From positions 1 through 41,767 of the forward strand of contig JAYEOM010000069.1 in the NCBI GenBank assembly GCA_034722955.1: a DNA stretch of 41,767 bases, read 5' to 3'. Shown one piece after another: positions 1 through 8,096 of this stretch. The DNA is from Campylobacterota bacterium. Lineage in GTDB: Bacteria; Campylobacterota; Campylobacteria; Campylobacterales; Sulfurovaceae. The notes under the pieces were generated by a model. It saw only the letters and a program-made list of their open reading frames with translations. It made no database searches and was not told the origin of the DNA. Numbering within the stretch: the stretch's first letter is position 1; each line of letters opens with the position of its first letter. The position numbers and the translations under genes were made by a program.

Positions 1-1
1 A

Positions 2-97
2 GCCTACAAAGATGGGTATTCTCAACAGATGATTGCTAAAGTATTGGGAATAACACAACAAGCTGTGTTTGCTGCGATCAAGAGGAGTAGGAGATGA
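2..97 (+). CDS. C-terminal end (HTH) of a protein entering from the left edge, probably a Y1/RAYT-like transposase with C-terminal HTH
   Basis: Hand translation, frame 2: AYKDGYSQQMIAKVLGITQQAVFAAIKRSRR*, a helix-turn-helix (SQxxIAxxLGITQxAV). The stop is followed immediately by the 25-bp repeat ending in CCTGACCCC. The transposase assignment rests on recalled family architecture; the catalytic part is not visible. Confidence 0.55.
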   Translation, partial: AYKDGYSQQMIAKVLGITQQAVFAAIKRSRR

Positions 98-122
98 GTT
101 GTAGTTGTTACCTGACCCCTTT
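98..122 (+). repeat. 25-bp inverted repeat, copy 1 (GTTGTAGTTGTTACCTGACCCCTTT)
   Basis: Exact reverse complement of 1766-1790. Confidence 0.95.
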
Positions 123-316
123 CTATTGGCTGATATCCTTATTCCCATACTTGATAATCAGTTGCCTTATGGTGAGCTTTTTTATAAAACTGGAAGTTGC
201 TCCAATAGTGTTTTGGCATTCTCTTTTCTTGTAAATATTGGTAGCCAATGCAGTATAGTGCATGTTGCAAAATATGGATGTGTTGGCTCATATATCTTAT
301 ATCTACTTCTTCCCAT
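123..316 (-). pseudogene. REP-associated tyrosine transposase (RAYT) pseudogene: internally deleted, frameshifted and truncated
   Basis: Minus strand from ATG 316: MGRSRYKIYEPTHPYFATCTILHWLPIFTRKE-NAKTLLEQL, then shifted frame FYKKAHHKATDYQVWE*GYQP. It matches the RAYT N-terminal F.TCT..WLP.F motif and the Q.W..G..P motif. The HUH segment is missing. Confidence 0.8.
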
Positions 317-360
317 CGGTTATTGTAGCTATTTTGGGCTTGATTGTTTACTAGATGTTG

Positions 361-393
361 GTATGCATTCCATATCGGGAGATATGGAACGAG
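361..393 (+). repeat. REP-type palindrome GTATGCA-TTCCATATC-GGGA-GATATGGAA-CGAG
   Basis: 9-bp perfect stem (368-376/381-389) with a 4-nt loop. It resembles the GCATTCC...GGAACGAG REP family and lies 45 bp upstream of the RAYT start. Confidence 0.8.
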
Positions 394-582
394 CTAAATG
401 GAAATGGGAGATGTGCCAGATTGTTTACTGATCTATGGCTTGTGTCCATAGGTAAAAACATGCTTGAGTGGGGTAGTGAGAATATTGACAACGTAAATAA
501 TACAAGAGTAGAGTATATCAGTGCATTACAGGAAGTTGATAATGGAAATTATGAGCGATTAAAAAGTTTTATGTTTCCTTAG
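394..582 (+). pseudogene. C-terminal fragment of a Fic-family protein (mobile mystery protein B-like)
   Basis: NGNGRCARLFTDLWL...WG...RVEYISALQEVDNGNYERLKSF is the second half of the Fic HPFxxGNGR motif plus an MMPB-like tail. The HPF and the N-terminus are replaced by the REP. Confidence 0.75.
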
Positions 583-724
583 CGTGAATCTTCTGCTATC
601 ATATCCTAGTTTATAGGGAGTTTTATTCAAAGCACTCACCTTTTCAAAAAAATAAATCCTCATAAGCAGTAGATAACAAATTCTTTTCTATCACTAATAT
701 GATGAGTCCCATCACAGCAGAGTG

Positions 725-1270
725 TTATTTAAACTTAACATAATAAATATGTCCTGAAGCTTTAAGAGCATATATCACACCTTTTTTCAAATTATCAATA
801 TTATCAGGCTTATTAATAAACGAATCTATACCAAACTTTTTAATTCTCAAATCCATACTAAAGCTATTGTCTTTACAATAATATTTTCCATCTTTTTTAA
901 TATTTTTTGTATCTGTTATATATAATCCCTTATTATCATAAATATCAACTTTATAAAAATAATCACCTTTGATTGTATAACCACCTTTTTCAACAAAAGA
1001 ATGAAACTCACTTAGAGGAATAGTTGTAATTTTGGGTTTTACATCGGTTGTACAACTATGTAATACTATTTGTTTACCATTCTTTTTTCCATAAGCAGCA
1101 TATAGACCATTTAAAAGTTTCGTTCTATATCCACGATGACCATGATCCATTTCTATATATTTGCCACTATCTAATTTTGCATATAAACCATTAAATTCAG
1201 GTTCTACCATTTGTTCAGCATAGCCACTACTTGATAAAATGACTAATAAAACTAAAATAAATCTCTTCAT
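725..1270 (-). CDS. Hypothetical exported protein (low GC)
   Basis: Open ORF. Likely start is ATG 1270 (MKRFILVLLVILSSSGYA, signal peptide) with a GGAGGT RBS upstream. Confidence 0.8.
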   Translation of the reverse strand: MKRFILVLLVILSSSGYAEQMVEPEFNGLYAKLDSGKYIEMDHGHRGYRTKLLNGLYAAYGKKNGKQIVLHSCTTDVKPKITTIPLSEFHSFVEKGGYTIKGDYFYKVDIYDNKGLYITDTKNIKKDGKYYCKDNSFSMDLRIKKFGIDSFINKPDNIDNLKKGVIYALKASGHIYYVKFK

Positions 1271-1320
1271 AAGAGACCTCCATAATATTAAATTTACCTT
1301 CTTTACTCTCATAAATTAGG

Positions 1321-1359
1321 TATATTCAAAATTCCAAATAATATGGATTTTTGAATATA
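1321..1359. promoter_or_regulatory. 16-bp imperfect inverted repeat (possible operator or hairpin)
   Basis: TATATTCAAAATTCCA-N7-TGGATTTTTGAATATA, 15/16 complementary, about 50 bp upstream of the exported-protein start. Confidence 0.45.
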
Positions 1360-1765
1360 ATCATTGACCCAAAATATAAGTATGACTTACCAAACTTGAC
1401 AAGTCATTGCTACCTGAACATAATATGCATGATAAACACTTGAACTCTTTAGAGCCACTTGCAAATTCACACAAAAATCAGCTAATTAAAATATATAGTA
1501 GTCCAAAAGTTGAAATCTAATTTCAGATAAGTTATAATTTTTTACGACAAAAATCTAACAGAAAAGAGATTCAACTAATGACTAAAAGTATAGCATCACT
1601 TTCTAAAATTTTTATAAATTATGTTGAAAATTAGATTGTAAATACAACTTAAATTAGTTAATTATTACATAATAATAGTAAATATGTAAGTCTGATTTAT
1701 TTTCATCAATATATTTTTTCTAGGTCAACGCATTGCATTTGCTAAGGCAAAGAGGCAAAGGAGGC

Positions 1766-1790
1766 AAAGGGGTCAGGTAACAACTACAAC
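1766..1790 (-). repeat. 25-bp inverted repeat, copy 2 (AAAGGGGTCAGGTAACAACTACAAC)
   Basis: Exact reverse complement of 98-122; preceded by and partly overlapping AGGCAAAG x3. Confidence 0.95.
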
Positions 1791-1838
1791 CTTCAATACC
1801 AATACCACCCCCAAAGTAAAAACAAGCTAAAATAAAAA

Positions 1839-2618
1839 ATGTCACATAACCCAAAAATCACAACCATCCAAACCCCAGAGGAGACAACAAACTACAACTA
1901 CCTATGTCAAAACAACATAAGCAGTATCACCAAAGGCAATGAGAGCTTCAACTTCACCTATGATGGTAATCTACTAACACAGATAGAGCAGAGAGGTATA
2001 CTCAACCAGACATTTAGCTACACCTATAACAATGACTTCCAAATCACTACTGCTACTTACGCTAACCAAACGAATAACTACAGCTATAACAGTGATGGAG
2101 TGCTAATATCTATCGGTGCGTTGGGAAACGCACCCTACACTCTCACTAGAGATACAAACAGTGGTTTCGTCAAACAACTAACAGATGGAACAATAACACA
2201 AAAGAGAAAACACAACAACTACGGTGAACTAAATGAAGTAGAAGATGATCTCTTTGAGTATAGACTTAAAAGAGATAACCTAAAGATATCATCCAAAACA
2301 GAGACTATCACAAAAGAGATACCTAAACAAAACGGTAAAGGTACTCAGAGAGTAAAAGAGAGAACTAAATATGAATATACTTATGATAGTATAGATAGAC
2401 TTATAGAGGTTATCAAAGATAAAGAGATAGTAGAGCAGTATAGCTATGATGCTAATGGTAATAGAGCCTCTGCTATAGTCAATAATATTACTACTACAGC
2501 ATCTTATACTTTAGATGATCAACTTGTAGTCTATGGAGATGATACATATAGATATGATAACGATGGATATCTCATAGAGAAAGTCACACCTGATGGGACG
2601 ACTTTTATACTTTCCTGA
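1839..2618 (+). pseudogene. Internal fragment of an Rhs/YD-repeat protein
   Basis: YD repeats (FTYDGNLL, YTYDSIDRL, YSYDANGNR, YRYDNDGYL). It lacks the N-terminus, the Rhs core end and the toxin tip, and ends in a fusion with IS sequence. Confidence 0.85.
2115..2138 (-). repeat. GTAG-type REP element inside the Rhs fragment
   Basis: Minus strand reads GTAG-GGTGCGTT-TCCC-AACGCACC: a GTAG foot plus a perfect 8-bp stem. Confidence 0.8.
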
Positions 2619-2812
2619 CAAAGATATAGATGAAGTACTTGATAAAATCTATCAACAGTTACGAACTAATAAGATTGTCATTCGTCCCAATAGAAAATAT
2701 GATAGACCCTCTGCTAGAGAAGATAAAAATAGTAAAGGAATCAAAAGTGCTAATTATCAAAAAAGGAAGAAGAAAATGGTTTTTTAGGAGTTGGAAATGC
2801 TTAACGCCATTG
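2593..2812 (+). mobile_element. IS4-family remnant: transposase C-terminus (2593-2787) and putative right terminal repeat CTTAACGCCATTG (2800-2812)
   Basis: IRPNRKYDR motif and basic tail resemble IS4-family transposase C-termini; the terminal sequence resembles IS4-type ends. Based on recall, not a database search. Confidence 0.6.
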
Positions 2813-2877
2813 ACCCTGACCCTAAGATTTTAAAGTAGCCTGTCCCCTTTTATTTATTTCTATGATTATCAAGAGTG

Positions 2878-2912
2878 ATAAAAGTGGAGATTGAACGGCA
2901 GGGGTGAATGGC
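2878..2912 (+). repeat. 35-bp dispersed repeat, copy 1
   Basis: ATAAAAGTGGAGATTGAACGGCAGGGGTGAATGGC, 33/35 identical to 36684-36718. Confidence 0.9.
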
Positions 2913-2937
2913 AATAGATGCTAGTTCCCAATTTCAC

Positions 2938-3894
2938 TCAAAGCCTCTCAGGCATCTCATCTTTGAAGGCGATATCTTCTGCTTTGGAGAGTATATCCAA
3001 AGCACCCTCTGAGATCATCATATCAGCAAGCAGATGACCCAAGCCATCTGACTCTCCTAGTGGGGCTGTGAGCATCTCCTCCATGATATGTGTACCATCA
3101 GGGTATCCGATCATAGATCTGATAGTCATAGTCTCATCCTCTCCTATCACTGCATTGACAGCTACAGGTGCTGAGCATCCTGCACCAATCCTAGAGACAA
3201 AGTCTCTCTCTTGCTTAGTACAGAGATAACTCTTCTCATCATTTAGACTCATAGCCACCTCCCTCATAAGTGCATTGTCACTTACTATCTCTATGCCTAG
3301 AGCAGCCTGACCCATAGGAGGGATCATAAAAGAGAGCTTCTCTACGAAGGGGATATCTTTGAGGAGATCGAGGCGTGCCAAACCGATATAGGCTAGAATG
3401 ATAGCATCATACTGACCCTCTGCAAGCTTCCTCAAACGAGTGTTTACATTGCCACGAAGATCTTTGACTCTCAAGTCTGGTCTCTGCTGTAGTAGCTGCA
3501 TGCGTCTTCTCAGGCTGGTGGTTCCTACTACTGCACCATTGGGCAGATCATCCAAGCAGCTGTAGGTGTGTGACAAAAAGAGATCACTCTGGTCTTGTCT
3601 CTGCGTAATAGCCACTAGCTCTAGTCCATCGGGTATATAGGTAGGGACATCTTTGAGTGAGTGCACTGCTAGATCAGCATTGCCTGCCAACATCTCATCC
3701 TCTAGCTCTTTGGTGAAATGCCCTTTGCCTCCTACTAGAGCTAGGGGTTTGTCTAGGATCTTATCTCCCATGCTAGTGATCTCATTGAGTTCTACTTCGA
3801 TATCAGGAAAACTATCCTCTATGCGTGCCTTGATATGATAAGCTTGCCAAAGTGCCAGATTGCTCGCTCTGGTTGCGATAATGATCTTTTTCAT
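2938..3894 (-). CDS. hemC: Hydroxymethylbilane synthase (porphobilinogen deaminase)
   Basis: IATRxSxLALWQA, GKGxFTKELE, VHSLKDVP, GTTSLRR, LRGNVNTRL motifs. Confidence 0.97.
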   Translation of the reverse strand: MKKIIIATRASNLALWQAYHIKARIEDSFPDIEVELNEITSMGDKILDKPLALVGGKGHFTKELEDEMLAGNADLAVHSLKDVPTYIPDGLELVAITQRQDQSDLFLSHTYSCLDDLPNGAVVGTTSLRRRMQLLQQRPDLRVKDLRGNVNTRLRKLAEGQYDAIILAYIGLARLDLLKDIPFVEKLSFMIPPMGQAALGIEIVSDNALMREVAMSLNDEKSYLCTKQERDFVSRIGAGCSAPVAVNAVIGEDETMTIRSMIGYPDGTHIMEEMLTAPLGESDGLGHLLADMMISEGALDILSKAEDIAFKDEMPERL

Positions 3895-3903
3895 CAAACT
3901 ACT

Positions 3904-4731
3904 CTACGGCATAAAAGATTTGTATCTGTTACGCATCTTGTCCCATTGGCTATCAAAATAGATCGTTGGTGTGCCTGTGACCATAACTTTAGCAGCAGCA
4001 TCTTCATCTGACTCTATCGCCTGTTTGACAGCTTTTCTCTCTATCTCTGCCTTGGTAACTGAAAAGCCCGTTTGCGTTTTCACCGCAGCGAGTACCTTGT
4101 CGATATTGGTCTCGTTGGGGTTGATCTTCAGAGAGTATAGTTTCTCTACGACATCACTCTTTTTCCAATCCTGAGCTACATGCATCACGCGAACCAAGAT
4201 ACCTGATACAGGGTGTATACTCAATAGTGGTAGATGGTAGTAGTATAGTGCGAAAGTATCTGGATATTTTCGTGCTGCATCCATGATCTCAGGCACTATC
4301 TCCATACAATACGGACACTGAGGATCAGAGAATATAACTATCTTATGTTTAGCATCTTTATTACCAAAGAGCAAGTGATCATCGCTATAGTATGAGTCAG
4401 GAATCGATGGTTTATACTCATTGGAGTAGTTTTTATTTCTCTTTAGATTCATCAATGCCGGTGTGATCAAATCTCCATTGACAAATATAGTTTGAGGAAC
4501 AGATAGATCTTTACCATTATGTATCAACTTCATATTGGTAAGATATACTTCCCACCCCTCTTCACCATCTACCTTTTGTATATCCACAATCTCTACACTA
4601 GATACCCTGACAGCAGGATTTTTTACAATAAATTTTTTGACATATTTTGTAAGTTTCGCTTCACTCATACTAGCATCAAGAGTGGCTGTTATTACGATCA
4701 TACTCATCAATAACTTCAACATCAATGACAT
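3904..4731 (-). CDS. Periplasmic thioredoxin-fold disulfide oxidoreductase (DsbA/DsbC/DsbG-like)
   Basis: Signal peptide, FSDPQCPYC active site, GTPT cis-Pro loop; AAGGAG RBS. Confidence 0.85.
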   Translation of the reverse strand: MSLMLKLLMSMIVITATLDASMSEAKLTKYVKKFIVKNPAVRVSSVEIVDIQKVDGEEGWEVYLTNMKLIHNGKDLSVPQTIFVNGDLITPALMNLKRNKNYSNEYKPSIPDSYYSDDHLLFGNKDAKHKIVIFSDPQCPYCMEIVPEIMDAARKYPDTFALYYYHLPLLSIHPVSGILVRVMHVAQDWKKSDVVEKLYSLKINPNETNIDKVLAAVKTQTGFSVTKAEIERKAVKQAIESDEDAAAKVMVTGTPTIYFDSQWDKMRNRYKSFMP

Positions 4732-5095
4732 CATCATCTCCTTTTTGATTAAAATTTGGTTTTTCCGGTGTTACTTTAGCTACAAATTGTAAATAAACTG
4801 TGTAGCAGAGTGCAAATAGACCTATCGTATCACTCAAGATACCCGGAATGATCAACAATATAGCACCTAGCAGATACGCCATACTGGCATTTTGGAAATT
4901 TTGCAGATTTAGCTTTCCTCTGGAGACGGCATTGAGGTTCCCCATGATTGCATATTGTGAATTTTTTAGAAGCAGAGTACCGATAAAGATCGTACCTATG
5001 ATCCATATAACGCTCCAGAGTGCACCTATACTCTCCACTACCTTGAGTGACAATATCAACTCTGCCAACAGAAATGGAATAATAACAAAAATCAT
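4676..5095 (-). CDS. fxsA: FxsA family membrane protein
   Basis: Hydrophobic helices, LLIIPGxxSDxxG motif, C-terminal DVIDVE. Confidence 0.85.
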   Translation of the reverse strand: MIFVIIPFLLAELILSLKVVESIGALWSVIWIIGTIFIGTLLLKNSQYAIMGNLNAVSRGKLNLQNFQNASMAYLLGAILLIIPGILSDTIGLFALCYTVYLQFVAKVTPEKPNFNQKGDDDVIDVEVIDEYDRNNSHS

Positions 5096-6795
5096 AATAG
5101 ACCTGCTATCTCTTCGATGATATTCTCAGCAGAGATAGTCTGCTTCTCCAATCCATCTCTCTCTACCAGCTCCACAGAACCCTCTGCAAGGTTTTTACCT
5201 ATCACAACTGCTAGAGGGGTACCAATAAGTTCAAAATCTTTCATCTTAAAGCCAAATCGTTCTTTACGATCATCCAGAAGAACTTCAACTCCCTTAGATT
5301 GTAGTGTGACATAAGTATCTTCTGCTAGTGCCAGCTGTGCTTCGTCTTTGATATTGGAGACTATGATAGTCACAGCAAAAGGTGTACTCTCTTTGGTCCA
5401 CATGCACCCTCTATCATCGTGATGCTGTTCGATAATCGCTGCAAGCAGACGACTAACACCTATGCCATAAGTTCCCATGACAAAGGGTTGTGATTTGCCA
5501 TTTTCATCAAGAAAAGTAGCTTTCAGAGGCTCAGAATATCGACTGCCAAGCTGAAATATATGACCCACTTCAATCCCTTTGGTGTAGCGAAGTTTTCCAC
5601 TACAGTGGGGACACTCATCACCCTCCTGTACAGCTACTATATCACTGTAGTTAGCATCATAGCCCTTGAGATCTATCCCTACCAAGTGATAATCTTTTTC
5701 ATTTGCACCACAAATCAAATGTGTCGCATCTTGGAGCATGGCATCAAATACAACCTCTACACCATCAGGCACTATAGTAGGACTCATATATCCAGCAACC
5801 AAACCAGCTTTTACCAACTCCTCTTCTGAGATATCTACAAGCTCATTGGCTCCTACGGTATTGCATGCTTTAACCTCTTGAAGCTCATCAGAACCACGAA
5901 GAGCAAAAAGAACTACCCTACTCTCGCCATCATCTAGGAGTGCTTTTTTGGCGACTGTCTTGATCAGATAGTGCGGATCTACCTTAAAGTAGTCACTCAG
6001 TGCCTCTATAGTAGTGGTATCAGGTGTGCAAAACTTGGCATATACTGCCTCAGGCGGCTCTGCTTCAGATAATTTTGGTGATCTAGTGGCTGCCTCTATG
6101 TTGGCGGCATACTCACACTCGCTACATACTACGATCGTATCTTCACCGCTATCTGCCAACACCATAAACTCTCTGCTGCCACTTCCGCCTATAGCACCAC
6201 TATCTGCCTCCACTACACGAAACTCTAAACCCAATCGCGTGAAGATTCTCTTGTAAGTCTCTTCCATATGAGCAAACTCTCGCTGCATATCCTCTTCTGA
6301 AGCGTGAAAGCTATAGCCATCTTTCATCAAAAATTCTCGTCCTCGCATCAACCCAAATCTAGGTCTTATCTCATCACGGAACTTGAGATTGATTTGATAT
6401 AAGTTGAGTGGCAGTGCCTTATAGCTCTTTACACTTCCCTTGACGAGGTTGACCATCATCTCTTCATGTGTTGGTCCTAAAACAAAATCGTTATTTTTAC
6501 GATCCTTAAAACGCAAAAGCTCCTTGCCGTATTTGTCAAATCGTCCACTCTCTATCCAGTAACTCGCTGGGGTTACAAATCCCAAACTTACCTCTTGACA
6601 GTTAGCTTTATCTAACTCATCTTTGACAACATTGCGTATCTTATCTAGTACTCTTTTGCCCAGAGGGAGGTAGTTGTAGAGTCCACTTCCTACCCCTTGT
6701 ATATACCCTGCACGAATGAGATAGATATGGCTTGCCAAAGTAGCATCATTGGGTCTCTCTTTGCTAGTAGGTATTAGCATCTGTGTTACTCTCAC
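5092..6795 (-). CDS. proS: Prolyl-tRNA synthetase
   Basis: [45 protein letters not shown]. Confidence 0.98.
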   Translation of the reverse strand: MRVTQMLIPTSKERPNDATLASHIYLIRAGYIQGVGSGLYNYLPLGKRVLDKIRNVVKDELDKANCQEVSLGFVTPASYWIESGRFDKYGKELLRFKDRKNNDFVLGPTHEEMMVNLVKGSVKSYKALPLNLYQINLKFRDEIRPRFGLMRGREFLMKDGYSFHASEEDMQREFAHMEETYKRIFTRLGLEFRVVEADSGAIGGSGSREFMVLADSGEDTIVVCSECEYAANIEAATRSPKLSEAEPPEAVYAKFCTPDTTTIEALSDYFKVDPHYLIKTVAKKALLDDGESRVVLFALRGSDELQEVKACNTVGANELVDISEEELVKAGLVAGYMSPTIVPDGVEVVFDAMLQDATHLICGANEKDYHLVGIDLKGYDANYSDIVAVQEGDECPHCSGKLRYTKGIEVGHIFQLGSRYSEPLKATFLDENGKSQPFVMGTYGIGVSRLLAAIIEQHHDDRGCMWTKESTPFAVTIIVSNIKDEAQLALAEDTYVTLQSKGVEVLLDDRKERFGFKMKDFELIGTPLAVVIGKNLAEGSVELVERDGLEKQTISAENIIEEIAGLL

Positions 6796-8096
6796 GATCG
6801 ATATCCTTTGTGATGATCTTTTTTGTATTGTTTGAAATTGATATTTTCTGTATCTACATTGAAAATATTTTTGAGAGAGTCGATACCGACTGCCCCCTCT
6901 TTTTCGCGTGAACTTTGACGCATACGAACGGTAGGTTTATGGAGAAAAGTGTTAAACATCTGTTGAGCCATTTTTTTCATGTTAGCTTCTGCTTCTGCTG
7001 GGACAAAACCCTTTTTGATAGCCCTATCCAACTCTGCGTTTATCACATCTGCAACTTGCAGACGCATATCTTTGATGATAGGTTCGACAGAGAGAGCTCG
7101 AAGCCACTGAAAAAACTCATCTCTATACCGCTCGACAATTTCACTAGCTCTCAGTGCCTGCTCTTGACGCAGAGCATGGTTGTCCGCAGAGATATCTTTG
7201 AGATCATCAATACGGAAAATCTGCATCTGCTCCATATCCATATCTTCTATATCTCGCGGTATTGCCATATCGAACCAGAGTCGCTTAAGATCACGAACCT
7301 CTACCATATCTTTGGTGATGATAGGTACAGGGGAGGATGTCGCTGTGAATAGCAGACGGTATCGATTGAGGTATTTTGGTAAATTACCTATATCATCTAC
7401 CTTGACATTCTCTCCCAACTCTTGAGAGATCCGCTCTATCTTCTCTCTATCTCTTCCGAGCATAACTACATCACAACCTGCTCTGAGTAGATGTTTGGCT
7501 GCAAGTTTTCCCATATCACCAGCACCTACAACTACACCTGTCATACCTGCAAGGTTATCACCCATGATCGCTGCTGCCTGTGCTACAGCTACTGATGCTA
7601 TGGAGATAGGGTTTTCAGATATCTTCGTCACATTGCGCACCTCAGCAGCACACTTTACGGCATATGAGATAATACGGTTGAGTTTTCTACCTGCTGTCTC
7701 ATTGGCATGGGAGAAACGAAATGCCTCTTTGACTTGACCAGTGATCTGAGACTCTCCTATGACTAGTGAGTCGAGTGAAGATACAACAGAGAAGAGATGC
7801 TTTATCGCCTCTTCGTCATTGACCTGCTCACTCATCGCCTCTAGCTCATAAAAATTGATGCCGCTACTGCGGGCGAAGAGACCCAAGACGGCATGGTAAG
7901 TTGCAAAATTATCACGAGTTGCTGCGACTATTTCAATACGATTGCAAGTAGATACGATAAAGACTTCATAGACAAAATCAAAACCAACAAGGCGGTCAAG
8001 CATCTTCTTCTTCTCATTGTCATCTGCAAATGCCAGCTTCTCTCTGCTAGATAGATCACATTTTTTATAATTGAAACTCACCACTTGATAGTACAT
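6792..8096 (-). CDS. hemA: Glutamyl-tRNA reductase
   Basis: [39 protein letters not shown]. Confidence 0.97.
   Translation of the reverse strand: MYYQVVSFNYKKCDLSSREKLAFADDNEKKKMLDRLVGFDFVYEVFIVSTCNRIEIVAATRDNFATYHAVLGLFARSSGINFYELEAMSEQVNDEEAIKHLFSVVSSLDSLVIGESQITGQVKEAFRFSHANETAGRKLNRIISYAVKCAAEVRNVTKISENPISIASVAVAQAAAIMGDNLAGMTGVVVGAGDMGKLAAKHLLRAGCDVVMLGRDREKIERISQELGENVKVDDIGNLPKYLNRYRLLFTATSSPVPIITKDMVEVRDLKRLWFDMAIPRDIEDMDMEQMQIFRIDDLKDISADNHALRQEQALRASEIVERYRDEFFQWLRALSVEPIIKDMRLQVADVINAELDRAIKKGFVPAEAEANMKKMAQQMFNTFLHKPTVRMRQSSREKEGAVGIDSLKNIFNVDTENINFKQYKKDHHKGYRS

Noticed and set aside
105..431. 108-aa plus-strand ORF
   Set aside because: Antisense shadow of the RAYT pseudogene; it spans the repeat and the REP and has no recognisable motifs.
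671..730. attC-like TAACA...TGTTA after the exported-protein gene (minus strand)
   Set aside because: The arms pair asymmetrically, there are no clear L boxes, no GTTRRRY before the gene start, and no second site or integrase.
2630..2833. 67-aa ORF overlapping the IS remnant
   Set aside because: Alternative frame of the transposase fragment; no independent support.
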